This document shows positions 33,994 to 46,986 of a stretch of DNA of 64,000 bases, piece after piece (the first letter of the stretch is position 1; each line of letters opens with the position of its first letter). The DNA is taken from positions 20,026,001-20,090,000 of the forward strand of contig NC_043020.1 in the NCBI RefSeq assembly GCF_006345805.1. The letters are read 5' to 3'. Made by a program: the position numbers and the translations under genes. The notes beneath the pieces were generated by a model. The model searched no databases. It was not told where the DNA came from and saw only the letters and a list, made by a program, of their open reading frames with translations. The DNA is from Octopus sinensis (taxonomy: Eukaryota).

Positions 33994-36575
33994 TCGTCAT
34001 CATCATCATCGTTTAGCGTCCGTTTTCTATGCTAGCATGGGTTGGACGGTTCTACTGGGGTCTGTGAAGCCAGAAGGCTTCATCAGGCCCAGTCAAATCT
34101 GGCAGTGTTTCTACGGCTGGATGCCCTTCCTAACGCCAACCACTCCGAGAGTGTAGTGGGTGCTTTTTACGTGCCACCCGCACAGGTGCCAGACAGAGCT
34201 GGCAAACGGCCACGAACGGATGGTGCTTTTTATGTGCCACCGGCACGAGGGCCAGGCGAGGCTGGCAACGGACACGAAACGGGGCGGTGCTGGCAACGGT
34301 CACGAAACGGAAGGTTCTCTTACATGCCACCGGCACTGGTAACACATCTGCAATTTCCATTGATCGATTTCGATTCTGATCCTCACTTGCCTCAACAGGT
34401 CTTCACAAGTAGAGATTTGTGTCCCAAGAAGGGAAGGTATGCATACGTAGGCTGGCTCCATCCCATGTAGAAGGCCACGGGTTATGGACTCACTTGTCCT
34501 GCCGGGTCTTCTCGCGCACAGCACACTTCCAGAGGACTCGGCCTCTAGTCATTTCCTCAGTGAGACCTAAAGTTCGAAGGTCGTGCTTCACCACCTCGTC
34601 CCAGGTTTTCCTGGGTCTGCCTCTTCCACAGGTTCCCTCAACCGCTAGGGTGTGGCACTTTTTCACACAACTATTTTCATCCATTCTCGCCACATGACCA
34701 TACCAGCGCAAACGTCTCTCTTGCACACCACAACTGATGCTTCTTAGGTCCAGCTTTTCTCTCAAGGTACTTACACTCTGCCGAGTATGAGTACTGACAT
34801 TACACATCCATCGGAGCATACTGGCTTCATTTCTTGTGAGCTTACGCATATCCTCAGCAGTCACGGCCCATGTTTCACTGCCATGTAGCATGGCTGTTCG
34901 TACACACGCATCATACAGTCTGCCTTTCACTCTGTGCGAGAGGCCTTTTGTCACCAGCAGAGGTAAGAGCTCTCTGAACTTTGCCCAAGCTATTCTTACT
35001 CTAGCAGTTACACTTTCAGCACACCCGCCCCCACTGCTGACTTGGTCACCTAGGTAACGGAAACTATCAACTATTTCTAGTTTTTCTCCCTGGAAAGTGA
35101 CGGAAGTTGGTCTCAGAGCATTTTCAGTGTTTATTGTTCCTGAGCATCTGCCACATACAAAAACCATCTTCCTAGTTAGCCTTCCTTTGACATTGCTGCA
35201 CCTCTTATGTGTCCATAGCTTACATTTGGTGCATCTTATAGAGTTTCTACCTACACCTTTTCTACAGATTGAGCAGGGCCATCTACCTGAAGGCGTTTGT
35301 GATTTGTCTACCTTCCTACTGATTACGACTTTGGTTTTAGCTAGATTGACTCTGAGGCCCTTCGATTCTAATCCTTGTTTCCACACCTGAAACTTCTCCT
35401 CCAATTCTGATAGCGACTCAGCAATTAGAGCAAGGTCATCAGCATAGAGGAGCTCCCAAGGGCATCCTGTCTTGAATTCCTCCGTTATTGCCTGGAGGAC
35501 TATGATAAATAGGAGGGGGCTGAGTACTGAGCCTTGGTGGACCCCTACCTCTACCCGGAATTCTTCACTGTACTCGTTTCCAACCCTCACCCTACTAGCA
35601 GCGTCCCTATACATGGCCCGCACAGCTCTCACTAACCATTCATCTATCCCTAGTTTTTTCATTGCCCACCAGATAAGGGATCGGGGGACCCTGTCGAAGG
35701 CTTTCTCCATGTCAACAAAAGCCAGGTACAGGGGCTTATCTTTGGCTAGGTATTTCTCCTGCAGCTGCCTTACCAGGAATATAGCATCAGTGGTGCTTTT
35801 CCCTGGCACAAACCCAAACTGCATCTCATCTAAACTAACTCTCTCTCTAATTAGTTGGGCTATGACCCTCTCCGTAACCTTCATCACCTGATCCAACAGC
35901 TTGATACCTCTGTAGTTATTTGTATCTAGGGCATCACCTTTACCTTTGTAGCAGTTGACTATTATGCTGCTACACCAGTCATTGGGTATGACTCCTTTGT
36001 GTATCACCTGATTAACTATACGGGTGACTAGGCTATAGCCGACACTACCAGACATTTTGAGCATCTCTGCAGTGATTCCTGATGGGCCTGGGGCTTTCCC
36101 TGTCTTCATGCTTCTAATTGCCTTAGCTACCACGGAACTATCAACTCGGATAGCTGGTCCCTCTGTTGGGTCAACATTCGGCAGACTCTCTTTATCCCAT
36201 TCATTTTCTTTATTCAGCAACCTTTCATAGTGGCATCTCCAAACCTCTCTCTTTGCAACCTCATTTAGCACAAGTGAACCATCTTCCATGCGAACACACT
36301 TCTCTCCTACCACATCACGATTCTCTCTCACACACTGTCTTGCAACGCGAAACACCTCCAGTCTTTGGTCCTCACGGCGCAGAACATTGGCAAATTTTTT
36401 CTTATCTGCTTCCCCTCTGGCTAAATAAACCTGTCTCCTAGCTTCTCTTTTGGCAGTCTGATACAATTCCCTGCTACCCCCATTTTTCCAGACCTTCCAA
36501 GCCTGTCTCTTTTCTCTAATAGCCCTGTCTACAATATTGTTCCACCACCATGTTATTCTAGGTCGTGAGGGGACA
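33991..36575 (-). mobile_element. Young 5'-truncated RTE-clade LINE with an open RT frame (34490 to ~36575), 3' UTR and (GAT)n tail
   Basis: 705-aa ORF with [39 protein letters not shown] and GRPRKTW. No APE endonuclease. CpGs are retained. Confidence 0.96.
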
Positions 36576-36897
36576 AACTTAGATAAACTTAGATATGTTT
36601 CGACCAAAGATTGGTCCAGGCCATGTCTAACTTAATAGCACCACCTGATAGGATTATTCGAATCCTGTTTAAGTCAAGTTTTGTTTAAGTCAAGTTTTGT
36701 TCAAGTAGTGAGTTCTTGTTGGGTGAGTTGTATCCAGTTTTGTTCAAGTAGTGAGTTCTTGTTGGGTGAGTTGTATCCAATTATGGGTGGCTTATCTGGT
36801 ATTCTTTGAAGGGATCTATCCAGACTCTGTTTAAAGTTGATAGGATCCTTTTCCTCTTTGATCTCCCTCGGGACAATGTTAAATAGGGCAGGGCCTG
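36576..36897 (-). mobile_element. CR1/L2-type LINE 3' end
   Basis: Minus frame GPALFNIVPREIKEEKDPINFKQSLDRSLQRIPDKPPIIGYNSPNKNSLLE. Terminal repeat (ATCTAAGTTT)x2. Internal ~43-bp tandem duplication at ~36697-36779. Confidence 0.65.
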
Positions 36898-37666
36898 TTG
36901 AGGAAAAGAAATTATGTTGCAGTGTACATGTATGTTGTGATCATATATATATATTTAATGGTTGTTGTTAAGGTGCTGGCTGCCAGTATGCAAGATGGAA
37001 GAAAAACAGTGATTGAAGTTGTAAAGAAATATTTATTTACCATTACTTTGTATATATCCAAAACTATGATGGGTTGGTATGTATAACTAGTAAATGGAAA
37101 AGCATGTGAGGTAAAAAGAGTTAATTTTAGCTGGTATGTGTGTACATGATCTCATGGTAGTATATATAGAGAGATATGGTAATCTTACAGAGAAAAGAAA
37201 GTGAGTTAGTGAAAGTGAGAGTGGTGGGACAAAACAACTGCTTCGTTGGTGAGTTACCATAGTTGTCCCTTTGTGCTTTTTCCTTTAGAGGCATCATTTT
37301 GTTCAGTCGGTCAGCCAGACTTGGTTCCCACCAACTCACTTTGGCTTACAGAGTTCATGTTTTTATAACTATCCAAAACCACCCAGAAGGATAAGCATAT
37401 TGTTGAGAACAATAGATTTCATTGGCAGTCTGTTATCTCTATTCTAGATTTTGGTGGCCTAGAAGAGGGTAGAAGGATCAAGTGGCAAAGACATTATTCT
37501 ACTTAGCGAAGGCATCTGGAAAATGTAACTGTTGTTACTCACAGAAAAACTATTGTTTTACCATGAGAAAGGTGCTGTTGAACTGTTAAGTGAAATTTGG
37601 TGATCGAGGATCAAATCCACGCTATGCCTGCATGAAGCCACTACATATATCTATATGTATATATAT

Positions 37667-38003
37667 GAAGGCGCATGGCTCAGTGGTTAGAGCGTCGAGC
37701 TTACGATCGTGAGGTTGTGAGCTCGAATCCCGGTCCGGGCTGCGTGTTGTGTTCTTGAGCAAAGCACTTTATTTTTCACGTTGCTCCAGTTCACTCAGCT
37801 GTAGAAATGAGTTGCGACGTCACAGGTGCCAAGCTGTATCGACCTTTGTCTTTCCCTTGGATAACACTGGTGGCGTGGAGAGGGGAGGCTGGTACGCATG
37901 GGCGACTGCTGGTCTTCCATAAACAACCTTGCCCAGACTTGTGTCTAGGAGGGTAACTTTCTAGGTGCAATCCCATGGTCATTCATGACCGAAGGGGGTC
38001 TTT
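37667..38003 (+). mobile_element. tRNA-derived SINE, young
   Basis: A-box TGGCTCAGTGG, B-box-like GCTCGAATCC, CORE-like TCTTGAGCAAAGCACTT. Confidence 0.8.
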
Positions 38004-38189
38004 ACTCTTATATATATATACACACACACACATATATATATTATTTAAATTTGTTCACACGAAGGCCGGGGAAGTTCTAGGAAAGGTATACCAAAAATTG
38101 CCTGTCTTTCTATATCTGATCAGTTTAGCGCAACTGACAAATGTCCACCCTGTGCTTGTAAAACAAAGAGACTTTTATTTACAAAATCT

Positions 38190-41100
38190 GGATGGAACTT
38201 GGACATTTCATGTTGGAATGTGCGCACTCTATTGGATAACAAGAGTGATTGTAGGCCTGAAAGACCACACTACACTTGTTGCTCGCAAGCTGAACTGTTA
38301 TAACATTGATATAGCTGCCCTTTCAGAGACTCATATAGAAGGTGATGGTCAGCTTGAGGAAGTAGAAGGTGGATACACCTTTCTTTGGAAGGGGAGGCAG
38401 AAGGGGGAGCACAGAAAGGCTGGTGTTGGCTTTGTTGTTCAATCTGATATCCTTAAGAAGTTGGAGAAGCTTCCTGTTCCTATAAATGAACGCCTAATGA
38501 CTCTACGATTGCACCTGAAAGATGGACGGTCTGCTACTCTAATAAGTGCCGATGCACTGACTTTGACTAGTTGTGATGAAGATAAAACTATTTTTTATAC
38601 CCAGCTATGAGCCATACTTAGGAAAATCTCCAATTCTGATAAAGTCTTTCTACTGGGGGATTTCAATGCCAGGGTTGGGACAGACTGGAAAACATGGAAC
38701 TCTTAAGGACGTTGTGGTGTAGGGAAAATGAATAGCAATGGTCTCATGCTGCTGGAGCTTTGCGATGAACATGGTGTTTACATTGCAAGCACTCATTTTA
38801 TACGCAAAGGTGACCACACAACAATGTTGATGCATCTAAGGTCTAAAGTTTGGCGCTTGCTGGATTATGTCGTCATCTGCAAACATGACATCTATGACAT
38901 TACAAATGTCAAGTCCTTTCACACTCTGGTGCCAAAAAAGTTCTGGATGATGATTAGAGTGAAAGAGAGAAGTGGGCTTGTTGGCATTCCTTGGCATCTG
39001 AATGTCCACAAGATATATGATGCTGCATTGAGGAAAGAGCTTCAGACTTGCTTGTCTAGCATTGAAAATACTACAATAAAGGAAGATTTTCGAGACCAGG
39101 TTCTTCAATGTGCTGCTGAAACCCTGGGATATGCTACTGCCAGACACAGAAAATGGTTTGAGGAAAATGATGCTGAAGTTCAGTGACTACTGGTTGTAAA
39201 GCGCCATGTCCACAATGTATTGCTGCAGAGGACTTTCAACTGTGCAGTAAAATCTAGCACTTGCCCACTAGAGCAGTGTAAAATCACTACTGCAGTGATC
39301 TTTCAGAAAGATGCAGAACACTTGGTGGAAGGATCTTGCTCGTGATGTTCAGGCTGCTGCTGATGCAAATGACAGTAAGAAGCTTTACTATTTTATGAAG
39401 CAAGTTTATGGACCTAAGAGTTCTGCATCAGCTCCTTTGCATTCCAAGGAGTCTTCTACTCTATTTACTAAATCAACAGAAATCACAGGTTTCTGAACTC
39501 CTGAACCATGAGTCAGTTGTTGGATGAAATAGTGATTGATACTATGCAACAAAGACTTATCATTGGGTCCTTAAATTCCCCGCCATCAATAGATGAGGTA
39601 ATGACATCAATAAGTAAATTGAATCTTGGCAGGGCACCTGGAAGGGATGGAATTTGTACTGAGGTCTTGCAATTTGGTGGTGATTACATCATACAGTCCC
39701 TTCATGAACTTATTAGTGTAGTCTGAAGGGATGGTGCAATGCCTAAAGGCTGGAAGGATGCAATTATTCTTCCTCTCTATAAAGGAAAAGGAACCAGAAC
39801 AATGTGTGGTAACTACAGAGACATTGCTCTATTATATCAGCTGCTGGCAAGGTTCTGGCAAATATTCTTCTTACCCGCCTGAATGGGTATCTTGTAAATG
39901 ATGTCCCTTCTGAATCTCAATGTGGCTTCCAATCTGGTTCACACAAGACAGAAGCAGAAGTTCTATGAGCAGAATATGGATCTTGTCAGGTATTCATTGA
40001 TTTAACGAAGGCCTTTGATACTGTGAATAGGACCTTGCTATGAAAAATACTTGGCAAACTTGGATGTCCGAATCACTTTGTATCTATAATTAAATCATTT
40101 CATGATTGGATGCCAGCTTGGGTCAATGTTGGTGGTGGCATGATGGGACCCATTCCTGTAGAGAATGGTGTTAAGCAGGGTGAAATCCTTGCCCCAACTC
40201 ACTTTTCTTTGTATTTTGCTGCTGCTTTTACTCATGCTATTGCTAAGGTTAGCTCTCTGGGAATACATGTCAGATATCGATCTTCTGCACTGATTTGCTA
40301 CCAATTCAAAAAGTTTTCCAGTCTCTTATTCATGACCTCCTTTATGCAGATGACTGTGACTTAGTCACTCATGCAGTGGATGACATGCAAATACTTATGG
40401 ATCATATTTCTGTTTTTTGCAAGGCATTTGAACTCAGCATTAGCTTGGACATGACTGTTGTAATGTTCCAGCCTGCACCAGGAAATCCAAATGTGGAACC
40501 AGCTATCTTGGTTGAAGGAACAATTCTGAAAGTGGTAGACAAGTTTGTCAACCTGGGCAGCACACTCAGCCGTTCTTGCTCCTTGGATGATGAAATATCT
40601 TTCAGGCTGCAGAGAACAACTGATTCCTTCCAGTCTCCTCAGTCTCATGTCTGGTCCCAGTATGGCATCACAAAGCAAAAAAAAACTGCTGTATACCGTG
40701 CATGTGTACTGACATTGTTCCTTTACTCATGGGAGGCATGGACCCTTTATAAATGTCATGCAATGGTCCTTGAATGCTTTCATCAGAGATGTCTCAGACA
40801 CATTCTGAATGTTGGCTGGACCTTAAAAACTCCAGACACACAGGTCTTGAGGACAGTTGATATCTTGAGTATTGAGGCAATGGTGCACAGGCACTGGTTC
40901 CATTGAACTGGACACCTTATAAGAATGCAGGATAGCAGGATCACAAAGGAGATGCTATATGGGGGACTTGTGAATGGAAAGAGACCCCAGCAGAAACCAA
41001 GGCTGTAATTTAAGGACTGTGTCATGTCCTCATTAAAGGCCTGTGATATGCAGGAGACTGACTGGGAGAGCAATGCCTGTCATCACCATAGATGGAGAAA

Positions 41101-41290
41101 GCAGGTTAAGGAGGAAGTCAACACTTTTGAAAAAGCATGTATTCTGCATGAAGAACTTAAACGTGTTGTTTGAAAGCGTACTGCTGGTGTAGTGAATGGG
41201 GAAAGCTTGGTTTGCAATATTTTCAGTCGTGTATGCTTGTCAAGAACAGGGATCATTAGCCACTAATGGAGCCAAAAATGCAAAATATAA
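38190..41290 (+). mobile_element. Near full-length decayed RTE (BovB-like) LINE: APE endonuclease plus RT
   Basis: YNIDIAALSETH, GVGFVV, LGDFNARVG, NSNGLMLLELC, RAPGRDG, GVKQGEILAP and LLYADD. Many stops and frameshifts. Confidence 0.92.
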
Positions 41291-41943
41291 GTTAGTCCTA
41301 GAGTGCACAATGTTCCCATATGAATACCATGGCCATGTATAGATATTTGCATATATATACTTTGACATATTGTACTGAAGATAACAAGGTATTTTATGAC
41401 ATTAAGTTTGAAATCGATTTACAATTGATAAAAAAAATATTATTTATTTTTCATCTGCCCACTTACAACCCAAGCTAATGGAGTATTGAGGTGGTATTGA
41501 GAGCGATTTGGTGCCTTTTTCTAGCATACTGATATGGTCAATCCGCACCCGCTAATATAATTATTTATATAATTATAAATTAGTACAAAATGTCACCTAT
41601 AAGGTTTTTTATTTCACAAACAGGAACATAAAACTCTGAGTAACAGTTTTTGTGATGTTTTTGCAGCTTTATTAATAAAGCATATTACTCTACCTCCAGT
41701 ACTCGAGTACTATTTCTTCCACCTTGTTTCACTCTGGTGTATGTATATATATTGGATTGGATTGCCCATGTTCAATTCACTGCAGGACTAAAACCACAGC
41801 ATGTTCTCCCCACCATGATACTGGTTTGATGAGCCTACTCTGTGACACTGGCTCAGTTGGTAGAGAGATGCAGTTTTTATACTCATACCCAGGAGTAGTT
41901 AAATCAGTTACATCAACCCCGGTGCTTAACTGGTACTGGTACT

Positions 41944-42003
<60 letters not shown>

Positions 42004-42011
42004 TGGTGTGT

Positions 42012-42048
<37 letters not shown>

Positions 42049-42307
42049 GTGTGTGTGTGCGTGTGTGTAACTAATTCAAACAGTAGAGAAATGCAGACTC
42101 CTGAAGACACCATTTTCCACAAACTTTCATCTATCTGACCTTTGCTACTTCATTTTTTTTCCCTCTGGCCCTCTAACTACTTGCATCATTCCAAACCCTC
42201 CAATCATTTCTTTCAAAAAGGACAAAACATGTATCACTCCTTAGAAGCTTTTTCTCTCTTTCACTCTGTGTGTGTATACATACATACAGTCAGATAGACA
42301 GACAGAA

Positions 42308-43027
42308 ATGAAGCTAGTATGCTTCACTGGATGTGCAATGTCAGCATGCAAAACAGAGTGTAAGCATCTTGAGAGTAAAGTTAGGCACAAGAGGCATCAG
42401 ATGTGGTGTGCAAGAGAGACGACTGCACTGGCATAGTCATGTGATGTGTATGGACAAGGACAGCTGTGTGAAGTGCTGAATTCTAATGGTGGAGGGAACC
42501 TGTGGAAAGGTAGACCCAGGAAAACATTGGGCAAGGTGATGAAGCATGATCTTCAAACATTGGTCCTCACAGAGGTAATGACAAGTGACTGAAACCTTTG
42601 ACCATCTGCATTAAAAGACCTGTCAAGCCAAGTGAAATCATAGTTGTGGCCAATGCCAGTGTCATGTAACTTACACACATGCTGGTGGCACGTAAAAAGC
42701 ACCGTTTTGGTCCCTGGACCTCGTGGAGGCAATGTTGAGTGACCAAAACCTTTTGGTAATATAATGTACCTGAGAAAACCTGTCAAACTAAGTGAAATTG
42801 TAGTCATGGCTGATGTCAGTGTTTCATAACTGGCAGCCATGCTGGTGATACGTAAAAAGCAGTCACTACACTCTTGGAGTGGTTGGCATTAGGAAGGGCA
42901 TCCAACCAAAGAAACCATGCCAATTAAGATTGGAACCTGGTGCAGCCTCCCAACTTACCAGCTTTCAGTCAAACTGTCCAACCCTTGCCAACATGGAAAA
43001 CGGATGTTAAATAATGATGATGATGAT
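42308..43027 (+). mobile_element. RTE LINE 3' end; short 3' ends of the same family at ~3836-4068, 49240-49497, 59405-59860 and 61530-61850
   Basis: Homologous to the C-terminus and 3' UTR of the 34-36 kb element; (GAT)n tail. Confidence 0.85.
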
Positions 43028-43599
43028 ACATAACGTACATACATACATACATATATTATACATACATACATATATTATATAGGTAGTTAGGGAAAATCCC
43101 AGCTGTTTCATCTTGAAGCACATCAACTTATTCTTTTATTACACTCAATAGGTATCCATAGTTACTGCTGTATGTTAATGAAAGTACACATTAAAATTGG
43201 GAATTATGGAAATATTATTTTCAGAATTATTGTATAACAAACAAGAAAATGGAAATATTTTGGTATTATTTACCCTCCATTAGGAGTTACAGAGTTTTAC
43301 ATGTTACATAGACATGTAAGGAATTTCCTATTAGAAATTTGTCAGACGGTGGAGGGGGGATATTTAAAAAACACATGGAGAATAAATAATACCAAAATAT
43401 TTCCATTTTCCTGTTTTGTTATATCATGTGTGTGTGTGTGTGTGTGTGCTACATGGATATACTGTAGAAAGCCATAAAACTGTTGAATTCCTCTTGAGAA
43501 AGCTTCTCTTATAGATGTATGTAGTACTAAAAGCAGAGTAGCAGAAAAACAGCATCCAGTAGTAGTGGTGGAATTGATAAATTTAGATTTCTGTGTCTT

Positions 43600-43639
<40 letters not shown>

Positions 43640-44109
43640 GTATGTGTTTATGTAAATTGTGGTTGTGTGTATGTCTGTATAACATTTAGCTATCATTACC
43701 TCCTCCTCTTTCCTCAGATCAGCTGGTATTCCTTTCATTTTCTCCTCTCAATCTCCCTTTCTTTCTCTCTCCTCTCTTTTTCTCTTCCTTTTCTTCTCAC
43801 TCTTTCTCTATTCATTTGACATGATTCTCTAAAAAGAGTTCTACCCTAAACTTGAATTATTTGTATGAACATGTACATGTGGAAATTCCACTGTTAATTT
43901 GAAATTGTAAGAAGTTTATAGAGAACCAAGAAATACTTAACTTCTATTAAAATTGTATTTTTATCAAGATCAGTGGCACAGGTACTTTTAAGGTGGCACC
44001 AGCATCAGCAGGATCTCCAAGTAACTTGCAAAACAAGGACCTCTTAATTGATATATTTGTTTGGATCCTAATATTTTACTGTATATATAATGCATATGGT
44101 TGGGTAACT

Positions 44110-45041
44110 AAAGAAAGGTTACCTGACATCTCATCACAGCTTCATGTATAAACTTTGGTAGATAGACCACAATCGTTGTACAACATGAATGAAAGCCATT
44201 TTCTTCACAGTTATCAACACACACTTGTTGAAATGTAGATTTCAAACAAGCGCCAAAAAATTGATCATAGGACATCGTTTCTGGTGTCAACATGGCTGGA
44301 TCCCAATTCCAATATGATGCCAAGATCAGTTTCTTCACCATGCCCATCAGTATCAGCAGTGCAAGCAGAACTTTGATTTTGTCCCCTGTGGCTGAAAACC
44401 AATCACTGCCATGTCCGGGTCTGACATGCTGGGGTCTGACAGCATAGTCATTCATTTCATTCACTTTATATTGGAACATTTAATCTGTTGAAAACTCATG
44501 GCAAACTTCCATTTATGCCATCAGACGAAATTTTCTCTCACTTACCACATGACATTCTCTTGTCCAGGTCCAATCATTAATGCCTGCCTCTACCTTTGAT
44601 TCACCAGAGTATCATCATTGCTATCAGAATCATCTAATTCTGAACTAGGAAAATACACACTCTCCAAGTCATCATCCAAACCAAAAGAAGCACCTGGTGA
44701 GGTGGTGGAGCTTGGTGTAGCTTGGTGTAGCTTGGTGTGATGACCGTAAATTTGACAAAACAGGACGTGATGACAAAGTTGACAGAGCCAGAGTGGTAGA
44801 ACTCGATGACTGTAAATTCAACGAAACAAGATGCAACGATGAAGTTGACAGGGCCAGAATGGCAGGACCAACCTATTGGGTTGTAAATATTTACATGAAA
44901 CATCTAATTGGCCTTTCAGCTGGCAGGTGGACTGGTACTAACTCAGGCAACAGGTTCTCAGTTAGGTAGCGTATAATTACATTGATCAACTTAAAGCATG
45001 TACATTGCATAAGTAAATTTATGTCCAAAATTTGAAAAGGG
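44110..45041 (-). mobile_element. piggyBac (PGBD4-like) 5' remnant
   Basis: TTAA|CCCTTTTC terminus at 45045-45034. Peptide IKVLLALLILMGMVKK..SYW....TPETMS.DQF. Confidence 0.75.
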
Positions 45042-46986
45042 TTAATATCCATTTTCCATCCTGACATGAGCTCAACAGTTTGACTAGAGCTGGCAAGCAT
45101 GAGAGTAGCACCAGGTTCTGGTCTGGTTTGGCTCAGTTTCTAGAGCTAGATAACTTCCTAACACCAACCACTTTACAGAGTGTGCTGTGTGTATTTTACA
45201 TGGCACCAGCACAGGTGTCATTACGTAGCACTGGCAAGGAGCCTTTTACATGCTTTCATTCAGGATAGAAGGCAATAACCCTGACTGTTGAGACAGCTGA
45301 AAGGGATGGAGGAAGCTTGACTGTTTATGACAAGGTCCCTGGTGGTGATGTTAAACCATGTAATGGATCAAGTTTACCACCCATAGCAGCTTATAGTTAA
45401 AAACATTCCAACTATGACCATCTCATCAGATATACTGTACCCAGGACTACGTTATACCATGTGTCCTGTTTTTCAGATGGTATGATATGGTCTGAACAAG
45501 ATTTAGCTGCTATTTTTACCAGGTTGGGCAACCATGTAGAGGCTTCCAGTGTGTTCTGCCTTGGGGTAATTACTAAATATTTGGTCATATTTCTCTGGCT
45601 ACTCAACAAAAAAAGTCAGACTTGGGAACATGAGCTAAAGAGAGTAGCCTCTGTCAGTAGTCTCCAATCTGTAGTTCATAGACCCCTGGGGATCCACAAA
45701 AGCAGTACCAAAAGATCTGTGAACTAAATTCAAAATTTCAAGACTTTGCAGTGTAAAACATACAATTACAGTAAAAGCAATACAGAAAAACTTTCAAAAT
45801 TCCAAATAGTTTCCAAATTTGAAGAGATAGTCTAATTTTTTTTTAGACGTTTCTTAAAATGAGAGGTAATATTTATCCCCACTTAAGCCTGGATGTTCTG
45901 CTACAACAAACTATACTGTGGTAGATACCATGAAAGTAACTCTCAAATTGGCTTTTAATACAAGATGCATGCTTGTTTATATCTTAAAACATGATCTATA
46001 TCTAAGACTGCCATTAAACCTGATATTTAGAGCAAAGAATCTACAAGGCAGCACCAACCTTCTCATCAAACATCTAAGTGTTTTTGGTTGATACTGGCAT
46101 TTATCTAATTGCATATTTAGTTAGAAATATCTTTTAATTGAGGGAATCTGAGTATACATAAATATGTTTATTGAGTTGCTCAGTTGACAAACCTTTCAAA
46201 ACTCTGGAATCTATGGAAAAATTCATTTAAATGAACAAGGCTTTTGGTACTGAAAAGGTTAAGAACTACTGCTTATATAGTTGTATGACATGTTAAAAAC
46301 AGTGGCCAAATCCCCTTCACTTTACCTTACTGTGTTAGAAAAAAGGGAAGGACACATTGGTCAATGTAGTTCCAGATATAGAAAAAGACAGGTTGATCGT
46401 AGTTGGATTGCCTTTGACTGCAGGTTGGCTTGATCTGGATTAACTTGGGACCAAGCAACAACAACAATAAGTATCTAAAAAAAAAGAATATAGTGGATAT
46501 TGTAACCCTAGAATTTGTACCCATGTTATTTTTCTTTTTTCACTATAGTGTTGAATAAGTTTAAAAGGTTTAAAACAATCATGGTTCTATGAAACATTGC
46601 AATTTATTCACTTTCATCACACTTTCCAACCCTTATGGCCCCACACCCTAGGAGAAACATTGCCTTAAATAGACAGTTAGCCATTTCAACAACAACATAC
46701 TCAAAACCAACTTCATTAAAGTGTTTAAATTTGAATACTTGACTGAAACTTATTATCAGATGAAAGTTCATATTAGATTTCAGTAGTTAATCACTACATT
46801 TGCTTTGTTTTTTATTTTTAAGTTGAAAGTTCATGTGGCAAAATGGCCGTTAACATGCCAGGAAAAATGTTTAGCAGCATTTCTTGTAACTTTATGTTCT
46901 GAGTTCAAATTCTGCTGAGGTCAACTTTGCCTTTCATCCTTTTGTGGTCAATAGAATAAGTACAAGTTGAACACTAGCGCCAATGT

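Noticed and set aside
34490-36607. 705-aa ORF as a complete functional gene
   Set aside because: The first ~10 codons come from the adjacent CR1 tail with a TTG start, and the endonuclease is missing.
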